From Octopus sinensis (lineage: Eukaryota): 64,000 nucleotides of DNA. Location of the stretch: positions 98,208,001 to 98,272,000 of the forward strand of contig NC_043004.1 in assembly GCF_006345805.1 (NCBI RefSeq), written 5' to 3'. The translations under genes and the position numbers were made by a program. The notes below the pieces were generated by a model. The model saw only the letters and a program-made list of their open reading frames with translations, was not told the origin of the DNA and searched no databases. How positions within the stretch are numbered: the stretch's first letter is position 1; each line of letters opens with the position of its first letter. Shown piece after piece: positions 1-13,935 of this stretch.

Positions 1-589
1 AATTGCGAACAAAGGCTTCTTGGTTTTTCAGCTGTATCGGAATCTAACTTGTTATAGCAATGTACGACGCATATACATCACAATAAGTAATATAAAATTG
101 ATGGTCTGTCTTATCCAAGTTCAACAGTTTTTGAGCTCAATATAGGTATTCTAATCTCAGCCAAAATGTCTAACATCTTATCTAGAAATAGTAATATAAA
201 GCCTCCCTTTTTAACATAAGAACGTATGAGCCAATAAAAATTTAGCTCTTATATCTAGTACTTTCCATGGATAAATAGACATTCGCACATCAACTCATTA
301 ATATATTACATACGCACACATACGTACATATATATGTTTGTACGTAAGTAGGTAATGTATGAATGAATGTACGTATGCGTTTGTATATATATACATAATA
401 TGCGTGCATACACACATACATATCCATACATATATTATACATATACAGGCATACATACATATATATATATATTTGGATCTATTTCTGGATGCATTTACAC
501 ACATATCGACATTTGATTTATGCTTGCCATTTGTTACTAATATCAAAAGCTATGTGTGTATTCATGAATATATAAATAACAAATAAACA

Positions 590-650
<61 letters not shown>

Positions 651-1133
651 TATACATATATATGTATATATATATATAGACATACACATATGGATGTATG
701 TTTATATGTATGTATGCTTGCATGTATGTGCATATGTATGAAGTAAGTATACGCTGCTAGCATATGTATGTAAAATGTTTATACATATGATTGTATATTT
801 GTAAATGTCACGTTTGAAATATAATACATTTGGCGGTTCAAAGCTAAGAAATTTAAAGCATTTTTGTTTTTGTTTTTTTTTAATGAAACATTGAGGTTTA
901 GAATGACATTTTGGTATTTGTGTTCGTAGTATTGGGGGAACGTGTAAAATTCTAGATTGTTTGCTATGACAATTTTTCATTACTTCCCAAAATACATAGA
1001 CATGTTCTTATTTTTACATTGCTACATACATACATACGTTTATACATATACATGTTTGAGTGTGTGTGTGTGTGTTGTGTGTGTGTGTGCACATACATGG
1101 AGTTGTGAATATAAGTATACAAAATGCATGCAG

Positions 1134-1192
<59 letters not shown>

Positions 1193-3019
1193 CATATATA
1201 TACATATATATACAGGTACACACATATATATATACATCTATATAACTATGTATATAATGAATAAATGAATATATACATGTACATATATATATATATTTTT
1301 TACATTCATACATATGCGTGTATCCCTCTCTCTCTCTCTCTCTTTATATATATATATATATATATATATATCTTCGTGCTTTACATATACACGATACACG
1401 AACATGCACACAATCGTGCGTATACATGCATACGCATGTGCTAGCATATTGTCATCTGTGTCGGTGAAGAACATTTATAATGTATTGATGCAATAAATAG
1501 ATATAACCACTGCAACTTATGTAAAAGGAAATTCTAGCAGTATTTTTGCTTGATTGATTGTTTAAACATTTATATTTTATTTGTCTTTGTATTTTATTTT
1601 CGGCTAGACGTCTTTGTGTTTCTGATAATTTTTGCGAGATTTTATTTCTTCAGTCAATTTCTAAATAAAGAATTTTCAAATTTTAGAGTTAAAATATTCG
1701 TAAAAATGATTATCGGCAGTTTCTGAGCCCGTTTACACTTCATAGATAGTGCGCCAAAAATGTTCAGAATTTGCAGCCACTAAGTAGTAAGCTCAGCCAA
1801 ACACAGTATTGTAGATCTTGGGACTGAAGTGAAAGACAAATGAAAATGTAAGCTGAGGCTTATGAGGAACATTATACTAAAGAACTTCCACTGAAGTAAA
1901 ACGTGATAAATGAATTTGGTAGTGATGTCAGTCGTTTTTCCTACTACCTCTACGATTAGTCTTTAAGTAAGCATTACTGATGCCATAATTCCAGCAGAGG
2001 AAACTAGCAAGTGGTAGCAAATGAAAAAGGATAAACGTAGTGCCTATTAGGGCACAAATTGTTTCCCTCTTCATTCATCGAAGTAGAACCCTTATTCAAT
2101 ATTTTGACAAAATTACTCAACAGCAAAATTTAGCGAACCTTCGGTAGCCAACGGGATGACCGTCTTAAAACAAACAGTCCACCTGCACCACCACCTACTA
2201 CTACTACTACTACTGCTGCTGCTGTTGCTGATACTACAGTTGTAAACGCAGTATTTAATTAAACCTTTTTATTAGGACCAGACGCACGGTACTGTTAACA
2301 AAGGGATTTGATCTTAAGCAATAACTAAGGTGCAACTAAGCAGACTTGTCCACAATCCGAAGAATTCTACTACATACTACCCTTACATATAATGATGGCT
2401 TCTCACGTAGAAAAAAGCCCCATCCGTTTATACATCGAAACAGGCGGTTCCATATCATAGATTATTTGGTCAAAATCAATAACTAGGATTTATGATATGC
2501 AACAAAGAGAGATTTATTTCTTATCCAAGACAATCACTCCAAGGAGAATTTGAACTGATGGCAATGCAATTTAGTAAAACAAAGGAATTAACGTTATGAA
2601 AATATAAAGGAATACTCTATTCTTCATTTCTTTATTCTTTTATTTATTTATATATTATTTAATCTACCCGAATGAATTAGCAGGAATTTTGTTATAAATT
2701 TTGTTTTTCGGTTTTTAAACCAATCGAGGAAACACTATTGATGCAATTGAATTATTTCAGGAACAGCAAAGAGAAAAACAGGATTAAGCTTCTGACACGA
2801 ATTCCGAAACTTCCAATTTTTGGTATTTCCTTTTGATAATTGATTTGGCTGGCGAAAGTCAAGGATTACACCTGTTTTCCTTCAATTTTTTTACATTTTT
2901 ATTTATTTATTATTATTATAATTTTTTTTTTTTTTGCTTTTCGTATGGTGTGATCGTATCCTTGGCAACTACTTGGAAATATTTGAGTTTCCATCAATGT
3001 ATGTTACGTTAACTTCTCA

Positions 3020-3270
3020 ACAATCCCTTCCTCTGCTACCCCACCCACTTTGCTGCTATATGATGCCATATGTGCCCACTGTTCCTCTAGTCAGGCAGTA
3101 TTTCATTTTGTTGAGAGAATCTCCTTCCGTTTTCTTCAGCACCACTTCAGATATGTTTTTCATTGCAAAACAAGTCTGACTGGTGAGAGGAGGCTGAAAG
3201 CACATTTTTTTTCCATAATGTGACAATTTCTTAAAATACCAATGATCTTGCAGTCCTTTAGGCTGATGAA
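3020..3270 (+). mobile_element. Possible highly decayed mariner transposase C-terminal fragment
   Basis: Translation LLPHP... followed by ...FFIAK... loosely resembles mariner 'LPHPPYSPDL...FF.SK' C-terminus; heavily mutated, no TIR seen. Confidence 0.25.
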
Positions 3271-3321
3271 ATGTACAAATATAATTGCATGTTTCTATGC
3301 ATATATATTTGTGTATATATG

Positions 3322-3388
<67 letters not shown>

Positions 3389-3485
3389 CCATATAAACAT
3401 GCGACCTTTTAACTTCAACAAAAGAACCGTGGCACTTTGTCATTGACCGGCTTCAGTATATATATATATATATATATATACATAT

Positions 3486-3532
<47 letters not shown>

Positions 3533-4106
3533 CATAAGTATATATATATAATATACATATATATGCATATATATATGTATATATATGTATATATATATAT
3601 ATATTTACATACATGTATGTAGAAAAGTGTATGTGTGAGAATTACGTGTTTTCACGAATTTCTAAATATTTACACAAATATATATATATGCATGCTTATA
3701 TACAGAGACAGAGAGAGTGACACAGTGAGACAGAGTGAGACAGAAAGAGACAGAGAGAGACAGAGAGAGAAAGAGAGCGTGAGTGAGAGAGACGAAGATA
3801 GAGTTGGAGAGAGAGTGAAAGAGAGAGAAAAAGGGTCACGAGCACGCATATCGAAGTGTGTGTTCGTTTATATGGTGACATTTGTTACTTTTTCTCCTTT
3901 TCAACAGGAAATTTAAAGGAAATTGTTCCAACCCAGGTATCCAGTACATAGATACGAGTACATTTATAAAACACACAAACGCACACACAGATATATATAT
4001 GCATATACACATATGTCACTGTACAAGTATGTTTGTTTGCCTAAATACGTGTACTCACTCGCGCTTGTGAGAGTGAATGTGTATGCGTCTTTTTATGATT
4101 ACACAC

Positions 4107-4140
<34 letters not shown>

Positions 4141-4531
4141 ACATATATAAAAATATGCATATATAGCATCTAAGCTATGACATATAGCCGAATATTACTG
4201 GAGAACATAGATTTCCTTTCCAAAACATAATGAAGAAAATTCGTCAATGTTGATCTTTTATTTCGTGTAACTGTAGACCAAAGATGCTGACACAAGCCTA
4301 ACTACAGATATTGCAGAATCCTACTGGCAGATCTCGAGTAATGGATTTTGCTACAAGTTTTATTTTCACTTTCTACGTTACAGTCACTCTCGAGTCACTG
4401 TTTTCGTTAAGGTGCCATCTGACGACTTCCTTAAAACGAACGATCATATGTCGGTATGCGGTTGTGTGCTCTTGCATGTATTCCGTTTCTCTCTATACAC
4501 ACATACAAACACACACATGCACGCAGACACA

Positions 4532-4585
<54 letters not shown>

Positions 4586-4640
4586 ATATATATATACATG
4601 CACACACAAATATATACATATACATACACACACATAATTA

Positions 4641-5822
4641 CATGGTGTGATGGGTAAATTGTCGCCATTTTATCGTTTTAATTTTGTGTATGCGCATTAT
4701 CTGTTTTTGATTTTTCGACTGCACAGTATAGTTGGGTCAGTTGGGCACCATCTGTGAGAAAAAAACAAAGCACCATGACGCAATTCATCCTGCCAGAAAT
4801 TTGGAAAAGACATGCTGTATTGTTTGGTGTTCGCACCGGAAGCTCCAATACGAATATTTCTGGGTATCAATCTGAGGACAGTGCAGAGGATTAGACGTTT
4901 CGGAAAGAGTTGGATGAGTCTACTGGTGATTACGAAGGTACTGTAGCAGTTAAGTGAATTTCATTACTGCAAAGTCGACTTCCGATGCATAATTTTCATT
5001 TTTATCGTTTGATTTTTACAGTTGATAAGCGGGGAAAATATATAAATTGAGTATTTGACATTTACTAAAATCTTTTACAATTAAAATTTCTGATTAGAAA
5101 AGAACTCCTGAATTTGTTGATGAGATCGAGGCCATGATGGGAAAAGTCAATCAGGTCCATCGCCAAGGACATGGGAGTGTCTGAGTTTCATATCAGCGAG
5201 TCAATGCATGAATTAATTCGTTATTCCTCATACAAGAGGAGAAAAGGCCAATTTTTATCCGGAGCCATAGGGGACAAGATTCATCACTAGTGATGGCAAT
5301 GTTATGTTTCCATTCAACTACCCACATGACATCAGACTCAACAAGGAGGCCTACATCAAGTGCCTGCAGTAGGTAGTACTGCTTGGGTCGAGAAGGTGGC
5401 TGTTGGAAGACATTATGTCTGGCAACAGGAATCTGAACCATGCTACACAAGCAGGAAAACCCAGTCATGGCTGTCAGACAATTTCTGCGACCACACCACC
5501 TCTAACATCTGGCCACCTAATTACTCAAACTTCAAGCCCCTCGGTTATTATGTGTGGGGAACAATTGAACGAGAGATCAACAAAGCTCCTTTTAAAACTA
5601 AAGATGAACTGAAGGCAAGGATTATAGCAGCATTAACCAACTTAAACAAGGAGACTGTCAGAAGAGTTGCGGGAGATTCCGAAATCGTGTGGAGGCGGTG
5701 GTTGAAGCCAATGGCGATTTTATTGAATACATTTAGTCTGGTAAATATATCTGTTAAAAGGAGATATCAGTGCTATTTTCATTTGCGCGTAATTTAGACG
5801 ACAATTAGTTCACCGCACCCTA
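4641..5822 (+). mobile_element. Defective Tc1/mariner-superfamily DNA transposon, maT (DD37D)-like, with degenerate TIRs
   Basis: Left end TA|CATGGTGTGATGGGTAAATTGTCGCC; right end reverse-complements to TA|TAGGGTGCGGTGAACTAATTGTCGTC; both flanked by TA. ORF 5360-5797 gives WQQESEPCYTSRKTQSWL...WPPNYSNFKPLGYYVWG, matching FQQDSAP.H...WP..SPDLNPLDY..W with 37 residues between the two (mutated) catalytic positions. Frameshifts and stops present. Confidence 0.85.
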
Positions 5823-5863
5823 TATATATAATATATTATAATATATATATATATATATATATA

Positions 5864-5910
<47 letters not shown>

Positions 5911-6340
5911 AAGAGAGTGGGTAAAGATACATAGAATATCGAGCAATGATAATGAGTTCCAAACACTTCATTAAAGAATAAAGATTCTTTATCTTTCTAT
6001 AAAGGGTACTATCGGTTTCATATTAGAAGTAACTTCACAATTATGAAGTCTGGCACATGGAAATATATATATATACATATATATAATATAATATATATAT
6101 ATATATAATATATAATATATATATAATATATATATAATATATATATTAAATATATATTATACATACATAAATACATTACATATATAGGTATATACATCAA
6201 CTAGACACACGTGCATAATATATATATATATATATATTATATACATGCATATATATAAATATATCTATATACATGTATATATATATATGCACATATATAT
6301 ATATACATGTACAATATATATTATATATATGCATGTATAT

Positions 6341-6372
<32 letters not shown>

Positions 6373-6434
6373 TTGGGTCTATATGCATACATGCATGCAT
6401 ATATATATGCGCACATGACTCTATTGAGTATTTC

Positions 6435-6845
6435 TTTAATTATTACAACGTGGTAATTTTGCTGAAAGAACACAAATTAACATCTGTCTGAGGAAGCTGT
6501 TCTTGATTATTTCTTCTGGGGTGTTCCTGAGACGAGGAAGCATTTCACCTAAAGTCCCCTTTCAATCTGAATAATGGCGAATATTATTTCGATTCTCGCT
6601 ATAAAAAAATAAATACATGAATGAAAATTCTTTTTTATTTTTTCTACTAAAACCGATTTCACTTTATCTCTATTGCTTCTCTAAAACCATCATTCCTTTC
6701 TATACACGCAGATTTACATTTTTTTTTTCTTTTTTGTGTGTGTTGTTGTTGTTGTATTCCTATCCGTTGTAGTTTGCAGAAAGTACTTTCAAGTAATATA
6801 AGGACCTGTAGGAAGCAAATCATGAATTGAACGGGATTTGATTCA
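6435..6845. repeat. Diverged ~400-bp paralogous segment, copy 1 (copy 2 at ~10290-10720)
   Basis: catctgtctgaggaagctgttcttgattatttc...cctttcaat...gaatatta aligns without gaps to 10338-10460; weaker similarity continues to ctgtaggaagcaaat / ttgtaggaaacaaat. Confidence 0.75.
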
Positions 6846-6902
6846 TGTGCGTGTGTGCCTGTGTGTGTATGTGTGCGCGCGTGTGTGTTATATATATATA
6901 TT

Positions 6903-7138
6903 ATATATCTTTGTGCGTAATGCATATGTGTATATATGTACGTGTACATGTGTATATTTATATATATGTATATGTATACATATATATATATATATCTTTG
7001 TGCGTAATGCATATGTGTATATATGTACGTGTACATGTGTATATTTATATATATGTATATGTATATATATATCTTTGTGCGAATGCATAGTGTATATGTA
7101 CGTGTACATGGTATATTTATATATATGTATATGTATAC

Positions 7139-7140
<2 letters not shown>
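6903..7140. repeat. Minisatellite, ~3 copies of a ~75-85-bp microsatellite-derived unit
   Basis: Unit atatctttgtgcgtaatgcatatgtgtatatatgtacgtgtacatgtgtatatttatatatatgtatatgtata recurs at ~6905, ~6992 and ~7069. Confidence 0.85.
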
Positions 7141-7188
<48 letters not shown>

Positions 7189-7199
7189 TAAGTATACAT

Positions 7200-7231
<32 letters not shown>

Positions 7232-8397
7232 GAGAGAGAGAAAGAAAGAAAGAAAGAAACATTGATAGACAGAGGTGGAGAGAGTGAAAGGGATAGAAAG
7301 TGAAATAGGAAAAGGTTGAAAAAGAGATACGAGGCAATTCAAGAACCCCATTGACTTTAATGCATTAATATATGCCAGCGAACACTCAAGATCGGTTGGC
7401 GTTCTTAATCACTCCTCTCACTTGCACTTTGTGAAAACTTCCTTCTTCTCACTACAACCTTCAATCACTTTTTCAGTGCATTCATTAAACCTATTCGACC
7501 CCCGTTCTCATGCTGACTTCTACAGCTCAGGTATTCCGGTATAGACGTTTTAATATTTTGTCTTTCACGCATTTTGAACAGGATATCAGTTTTACTGTAC
7601 CATTTTTAGGGCAATGAAGATTGCCATAAATTTCGATACGAACATTTTTCAAAACAACATGCATATAAATATTTGTGTGTGTGTATGTGTGTTTTTTTTT
7701 TGGGGGGGGGGGGTTATTCAAAATAGACTTTCATGATGGCATTAAATATGGTAGTATTAAAAATATATAAATACTAAGTTGTAACAGAATGTGAAAAACT
7801 AATATTGTGCTATTTAAATTCTAAAGAAACTACTATTTTAATGCTATAGGAACATCCTTTGTTATATTTATATATGCGTGTATATGTATGTACATATGTA
7901 TGTATGTTTGTATGTATGTATGTTTGTATGTATGCATGCATGTATGAATGATGAATGATCAAAAACAAGAAAAACACAAGCGGGACCAGTTTCCTCAAAG
8001 ACGTTATTTGTTTCACGGTCCGAAAGAAAAAGGGAAAACTAAAATGCTTTGTGATGTATCAGACATGGAATTTTTTTATCAGGTATAAGAATAAAGAGGA
8101 AAGTGAAGTGTGATCGAAAGAAGTGAAGAAAAATGTTAGGAACCGGGTAGAAATGTAGTTCCAAGGGGAGGATGTGAGGAGAGAGTCATGTACAAATAAA
8201 AAGAAAGTCATGGGGAATGTGACCAGTGCGTAGAGCAGGTAGCAGGCTGAGTGTATATAAAAATTTGTGTGCACGTGTGTATGTACGTAGTCAGCAATTA
8301 CTCGTACTCAAGAACGTTTAGCCATCTCATGTAAACTTGGATCAGCATGTGATTGAGTAAGCTTTTATCAGTCAAGTTATAGAGAAAATATACTAAT

Positions 8398-8800
8398 CTC
8401 TTTTACTCTTTTACTTGTTTCAGTCATTTGACTGCGGCCATGCTGGAGCACCACCTTTAATCGAGCAACTCGACCCCGGACTTATTCTTTGTAAGCCCAG
8501 TACTTATTCTATCGGTCTCTTTTGCCGAACCGCTAAGTGACGGGGACATAAACACACCAGCATCGGTTGTCAAGCAATACTATGGGGACAAACACAGACA
8601 CACAAACACACACGCACATATATATATACATATATATGACGGGCTTCTTTCAGTTTCCGTCTACCAAATCCACTCACAAGGCTTTGGTCGGCCCGAGGCT
8701 ATAGTAGAAGACACTTGCCCAAGGTGCCACGCAGTGGGACTGAACCCGGAACCATGTGGTTGGTAAACAAGCTACTTACCACACAGCCACTCCTGCGCCT
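8398..8800 (-). mobile_element. SINE family B (tRNA-like head, CORE-like ccttgggcaagt segment, internal TA/TG tract, (gtaaaaga)n tail)
   Basis: Minus strand starts ggcgcaggagTGGCTGTGTGGtaag (A box) ... GGTTCAGTCCC (B-box-like); nearly identical to copies at 13531 and 14384. Confidence 0.9.
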
Positions 8801-9465
8801 ATAGTGCACTTTTGAAGTGTTGTTATATGTAACATATTAATCATTATAATCTATAGGTATTTAAGGTATATAGCGATATGTTATGACCATCCAAAATAAT
8901 ACCTTGTAGAGAACAGCTTGCGAATTGAAGATTTAATACTTGTTTGTTAAATATGAGGATGTGCTGGAAAATAGAAGAGGATCAGTTAATTATGATTTTA
9001 TTTAACTTACTCCCCTCTCAGATTCAAACATTTATTGCAGCGGTCCTTCAGTTTTTAAGCCCTGTAAAAGAACTGGGAAGGCTGGGCCTCTCACCAGACC
9101 CTTCGCGATACCCTTTAAAAAGGAATTTTTCAGCACCCTCTCTGTTGTAAACTGAGTTCCTCTCACTAGTGTGATGTCTGACTGCCGTTGTACAGTAATT
9201 ATTGTTTTACGCTTGTAGCCACAATAGTTACTAGTTATCAAGTACCGTTGTATCTCTTCATATCGGAATAGTAACACACTAACTTCTGTCTTACCATCGC
9301 TGATAGCTCCACAAGACACCGACTAGAACTTTCGACTCTCAACTCTTTGACCCTTCTTGACGACCGGCTACTGGTCTATTTATAAACTCACCTCCTACGA
9401 CTTTTTCGGGAGGGATATAGAATTTCACTATACAACACATTCGTACACACGCGCATACACACACA

Positions 9466-9520
<55 letters not shown>

Positions 9521-10226
9521 GCACACCACACACACACACACATATATATATAATTATATATGCGTGTGTGTGTGTAAAACAATTTTGGCAGTGACTTACA
9601 AGGTTTGCTCAGGTGTGCTTTGTTTGAAATATGATTGAATGTTGTTCGAAATTTACTTGTAAATGCGAATGAGATAGGAGGTTAATGTTGACAGTGAAAG
9701 GAGTTTTTAGAATACGGTGGGGATGGTATACAGAAGAAGAAGGGAGTAGTATATGGCTGGTGGGAATAGGGAGGTGGAAAGAAATTAAAATTCTAATTCA
9801 GAACAATACGCTGTGCTTCATAGTATATGATGCATTTGGTCGTGGGCAGGCCCCGGTGAAGGTCAAGGTGGCTAGAAAAACCTGTATTATTTTACACCTT
9901 ATATTGATAAGGATAAGGTCTTTGACCATCGCGCATCGTTTTGAGTCGTATGATATTTTCGTTTTCTCCATGAAGCTGATTTAGTTTGTTGAAATAAGAG
10001 TTCGTTGTGTACCTAAAAGAAAAAAAAAAAGCATTCTCGCTACTTCTGCGAAATAAACATTTTTCATATATATATATATATATATAATATAATAATATAT
10101 ATATACTCACACATGTACAGGTATATGTGAATGTATACATATTTAGTTACACATAAGATGTGCATACACACATATATTCACATATACACACACATGTATG
10201 TATGCGCGCGTGTGTGTGCGTGTATG

Positions 10227-10257
<31 letters not shown>

Positions 10258-10289
10258 ATAGCGGGGTGGGGGTTGTTTTCAGTTTACAC

Positions 10290-10720
10290 AAATTATTATA
10301 ATTGGGTTACAGCTGCTGCTGACAAAATACAAAATAACATCTGTCTCAGGAAGCTGCTCCTGATTACTTCATTTGGTGTCTTCCTGAGACCAGGAAGTAT
10401 TTCAAGCGAAGGACCCTTTCAATGCGAATGAAGCCGAATATTAATTCGATGATAGCGCAAAAAATAAATAAATCAGATAAAATAAAATATAAAACCAAGA
10501 GTCATTTCCGTTTTGCTAAACACCTTTCAGTTTTTATTTCTATAGCATCTCCAGCAGTTTTTCCCCCATTACTTCTCTATTCACAGATTTCAAAATTTGT
10601 TATCATTTTACTTTTTTGTTATAGACCCATTGGTTAAATTTTTGGAGGAAGAAACTTTGGAGGGGGAAATTAGGTGGCTGTTGTAGGAAACAAATAACTT
10701 AGTGAATGGCAGTTCGATTA
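10290..10720. repeat. Diverged ~400-bp paralogous segment, copy 2
   Basis: See copy 1 (6435-6845); contains an 11-bp perfect inverted repeat gtctcaggaag/cttcctgagac (10343-10390). Confidence 0.75.
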
Positions 10721-10768
10721 CATTCATATATATCTACATACATGCATACAATCTTCTATAAGTATATG

Positions 10769-10800
<32 letters not shown>

Positions 10801-10803
<3 letters not shown>

Positions 10804-11498
10804 ATCTCATCGAGCCCACGCACGCCCGCACTTCCCGCCTCCTCATCCGTGCCACCATCCGTTCTACCCGCCCCCTCCTTCACTCTTTTGACCACCAACT
10901 TCCCCAGGCTTACTTCTTTGTCTCCTCCCTCTGCCCTCCACCCTTCATCCAACCCATTCTCCGCTTCATTCTTAATCTCAACCACAAACTCCACAATTTC
11001 CTCACGCACAAAAAAAAACAATAAACTCCACCACCTCCTCAACCCTTCACCTCCTTCTCCTCCCACACCCCTACACCCTTCCCTTCAGCTCTCCAACTCC
11101 CTCCAATCCCGTATCCACCACGCCCTTCCCCTTGACCCTCCACAGACCCTTACACACCCCACACTGACTTTCCCACTCTATCCCATCTTCAACCAACCAT
11201 TCCAACACCTCTGTAGCCCCCTCTTCCTGACCCCACTCACCCCACCACTCTGCTCCCTCGCAGTGTTGTCAGTATACCACCAAACCTCCCCCTCTCCATT
11301 CAATATGTGACCGCGTGTGCATCGTTGGTGATTTTCTTTCTCCGTCTTCCTTTCCTTTCCTATGTTTCTGACGAAGAGCTCCGCTCGAAACGTTAAATCC
11401 TCCTTCTCTCTTTCCTTTCCTGAACGTCCAATAACACTACACTTGTTCCACCTCCTCGCGTTGTTATGTTTTCTCTTTGTGTTTTCATGTTTGGATTA

Positions 11499-11502
<4 letters not shown>
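10801..11502 (+). mobile_element. Penelope-like retroelement remnant (Neptune-type N-terminal ORF fragment plus HHR-bearing terminal repeat)
   Basis: C-rich island between (TA)n tracts; reads ...RTSRLLIRATIRSTRPLLHSFDHQLPQ...CPPPFIQPILRFILNLNHKLHNFLTHKK(N)NKLHHLL, resembling PLE N-terminal regions from memory; ends with a minimal hammerhead and a T-rich tail. Confidence 0.6.
11364..11398 (+). ncRNA. Minimal type I hammerhead ribozyme (PLE-type)
   Basis: gttt CTGACGA a gagc-tcc-gctc GAAA cg TT aaat: stem I gttt/aaat, stem II gagc/gctc, palindromic stem III (aacgtt), GUU cleavage triplet; one extra A after the core. Confidence 0.7.
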
Positions 11503-11549
<47 letters not shown>

Positions 11550-11812
11550 CCCATAAGAGGTATCCATCATAGGATTCCTTGCACGCTAGACAGGACGGTT
11601 AAATTCCAAACCACTATTAGGGTTAAAGTTTCGAAGGGAATGAAAATAAAAACATTTACCATCTAACTCCAGGACGAATGGATTCAAGCTTTTACATGCT
11701 AGGCCACTGATAATGGAAATTTCAAATATTTCTGATTACCCTTTGATACTATTAATTATATATGTATATATATATATTACATATACATAACATATATGTG
11801 TTTATATACATA

Positions 11813-11869
11813 CTCTTTTACTTTTTTACTAGTTTCAGCCATGCGGCAGTGGTCATGCTGGAGCTCCGC
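11813..11869 (-). mobile_element. SINE B-type 3' tail fragment
   Basis: Reverse complement ggcggagctccagcatgaccactgccgcatggctgaaactagtaaaaaagtaaaagag matches the family B tail. Confidence 0.65.
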
Positions 11870-11885
11870 CATATGCATATATATA

Positions 11886-11924
<39 letters not shown>

Positions 11925-12056
11925 CACATATATACATGTATATTATATATCCACGGAGAGAGAGGGGAGGGAGAGAAAATAACATATATTCATATATGCT
12001 TACGTTACTGCTATAATGTAAATATATATAATCATTAACAATGATTCCTAAAAATA

Positions 12057-12125
<69 letters not shown>

Positions 12126-13530
12126 TATATATGTGTGTATACTTGCAGTATGTATATATAAGTATGCAAGCAATATACACACATATCGAACACACATATT
12201 AGTTTCTCCATTTCATAGTTACGCATATACAATTCAATTCACAATGAAATCTCACAGGTAGAAATTTTTTCGCCGAAGTCTAATATAAACAAAATATTTC
12301 TTATAGAATATTTCATGACATTTCTTAGAAAAAGCTCATCACGTCTGACATACGTTTTCACACTTCATGACCTTTCTTCGCATATCTGAAATTTTTCTTT
12401 TAATTTTCTCGAAAAATATTTCCACATGAAAGTAAGTTGTTGATCTAAGAGACATAACTCAGCTGATGAATATCTATGGTATATCTTATTCTTCATTTCC
12501 ATCTTCTCTGAGTTTTATACTGTTCCCTCTATTCCGCCTCTTTCCCAATTTTGCACAAGATATGCATTTTGGGGCTGATAAATTCGGAAAGCCCAAATGT
12601 GCACTTTATGTAAAGTGTAGATAAACCCATATGCTTGAAACTTAAGTAGCACATTTTTATGCATTAATACTGTATAAAGATCATATATCCATGTGGAAGT
12701 GTCAAAATATGTCCGTGTATTTATGTATAAGTGTGCGCGTTTTTTGTATATGGAGGAACAGCTTTTCTTTAAAGAGACGTATTGAAGTTGACTGTAATGA
12801 TTTTATAATTTTTCTTAATCTTTCGTTTCCGGACATCAGATAGAAGTATTTTGTTTAGAACAATAAATTCCAAAATTAATCTTTATCATCAACATGATAA
12901 TAAAGATTAGATTCATCTTCAGGCTATGGCGTGATTTGGCTGCTCTGTTGATCATAAAATAGAGTTCGGTTTGTGTCTAAATAGTTTTTTCTGACAATAC
13001 TAGACGCTGGAATATTAGGATTCAACTGAATTGCAGTTTTAACATCTCTATGATAATTGTAGCCCTGTGCTGCAATATTAGTATTGCTTCTATAATCAGA
13101 CTTCTATTTCTGTTGGGAATTCTCTTTCTGTGAGGTTTCAGTTACGCAACTCAATCATGGTGCCAGCTTCCATCTGCAACCAAAAATACGTCCATAACAA
13201 GAAAATGTTTGAACTGAAGGCTACATCACAAAAACCAGAAAGCATTAGGGATTAAATCCTTATAAACACCGATTATATACTCCAAAGCTTACTATGTGAT
13301 GAATACAGTATGATAGATACCAGAAAAAGAAGAACCAAAGAACCAACAAAACACTAAAAAAAAAACGTAAAATATAATGCCTACATAATATTTAAGATAG
13401 TCAAAGCGGTATATTCAGGACAATGGATAATGACAAATACGTTACAAAAGTCAACAAGTTACTTAGATTATGATTGTTTACAAAGATCCAAAAATAATAT
13501 AACAAATCATCAATCAAATTAAATAAAATT

Positions 13531-13935
13531 GTAGGAGTGGCTGTGTGGTAAGTAGCTTGTTTATCAACCACATGGTTCCGAGTTCAGTCCCACTGCGTGG
13601 CACCTTGGGCAAGTGTCTTCTACTATAGCCTCGGGCCGACCAATGCCTTGTGAGTGGATTTGGTAGACGGAAACTGAAAGAAGCCCGTCGTATATATGTA
13701 TATATATATGTATGTGTGTGTGTTTGTGTGTCTGTGTTTGTCCCCCTAGCATTGCTTGACAACCGATGCTGGTGTGTTTATGTCCCCGTTACTTAGCGGT
13801 TCGGCAAAAGAGACCGATAGAATAAGTACTGGGCTTACAAAAGAATAAGTCCCGGGGTCGAGTTGCTCGACTAAAGGCGGTGCTCCAGCATGGCCGCAGT
13901 CAAATGACTGAAACAAGTAAAAGAGTAAAAGAGAG
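13531..13935 (+). mobile_element. SINE family B, full length
   Basis: gtaggagtggctgtgtggtaag...ccttgggcaagtgtc...gactgaaacaagtaaaagagtaaaagag; near-identical to other copies. Confidence 0.92.

Noticed and set aside
6903-7140. Repeat-spacer-like periodicity (CRISPR?)
   Set aside because: Tandem low-complexity units without unique spacers, in eukaryotic context with no cas genes.
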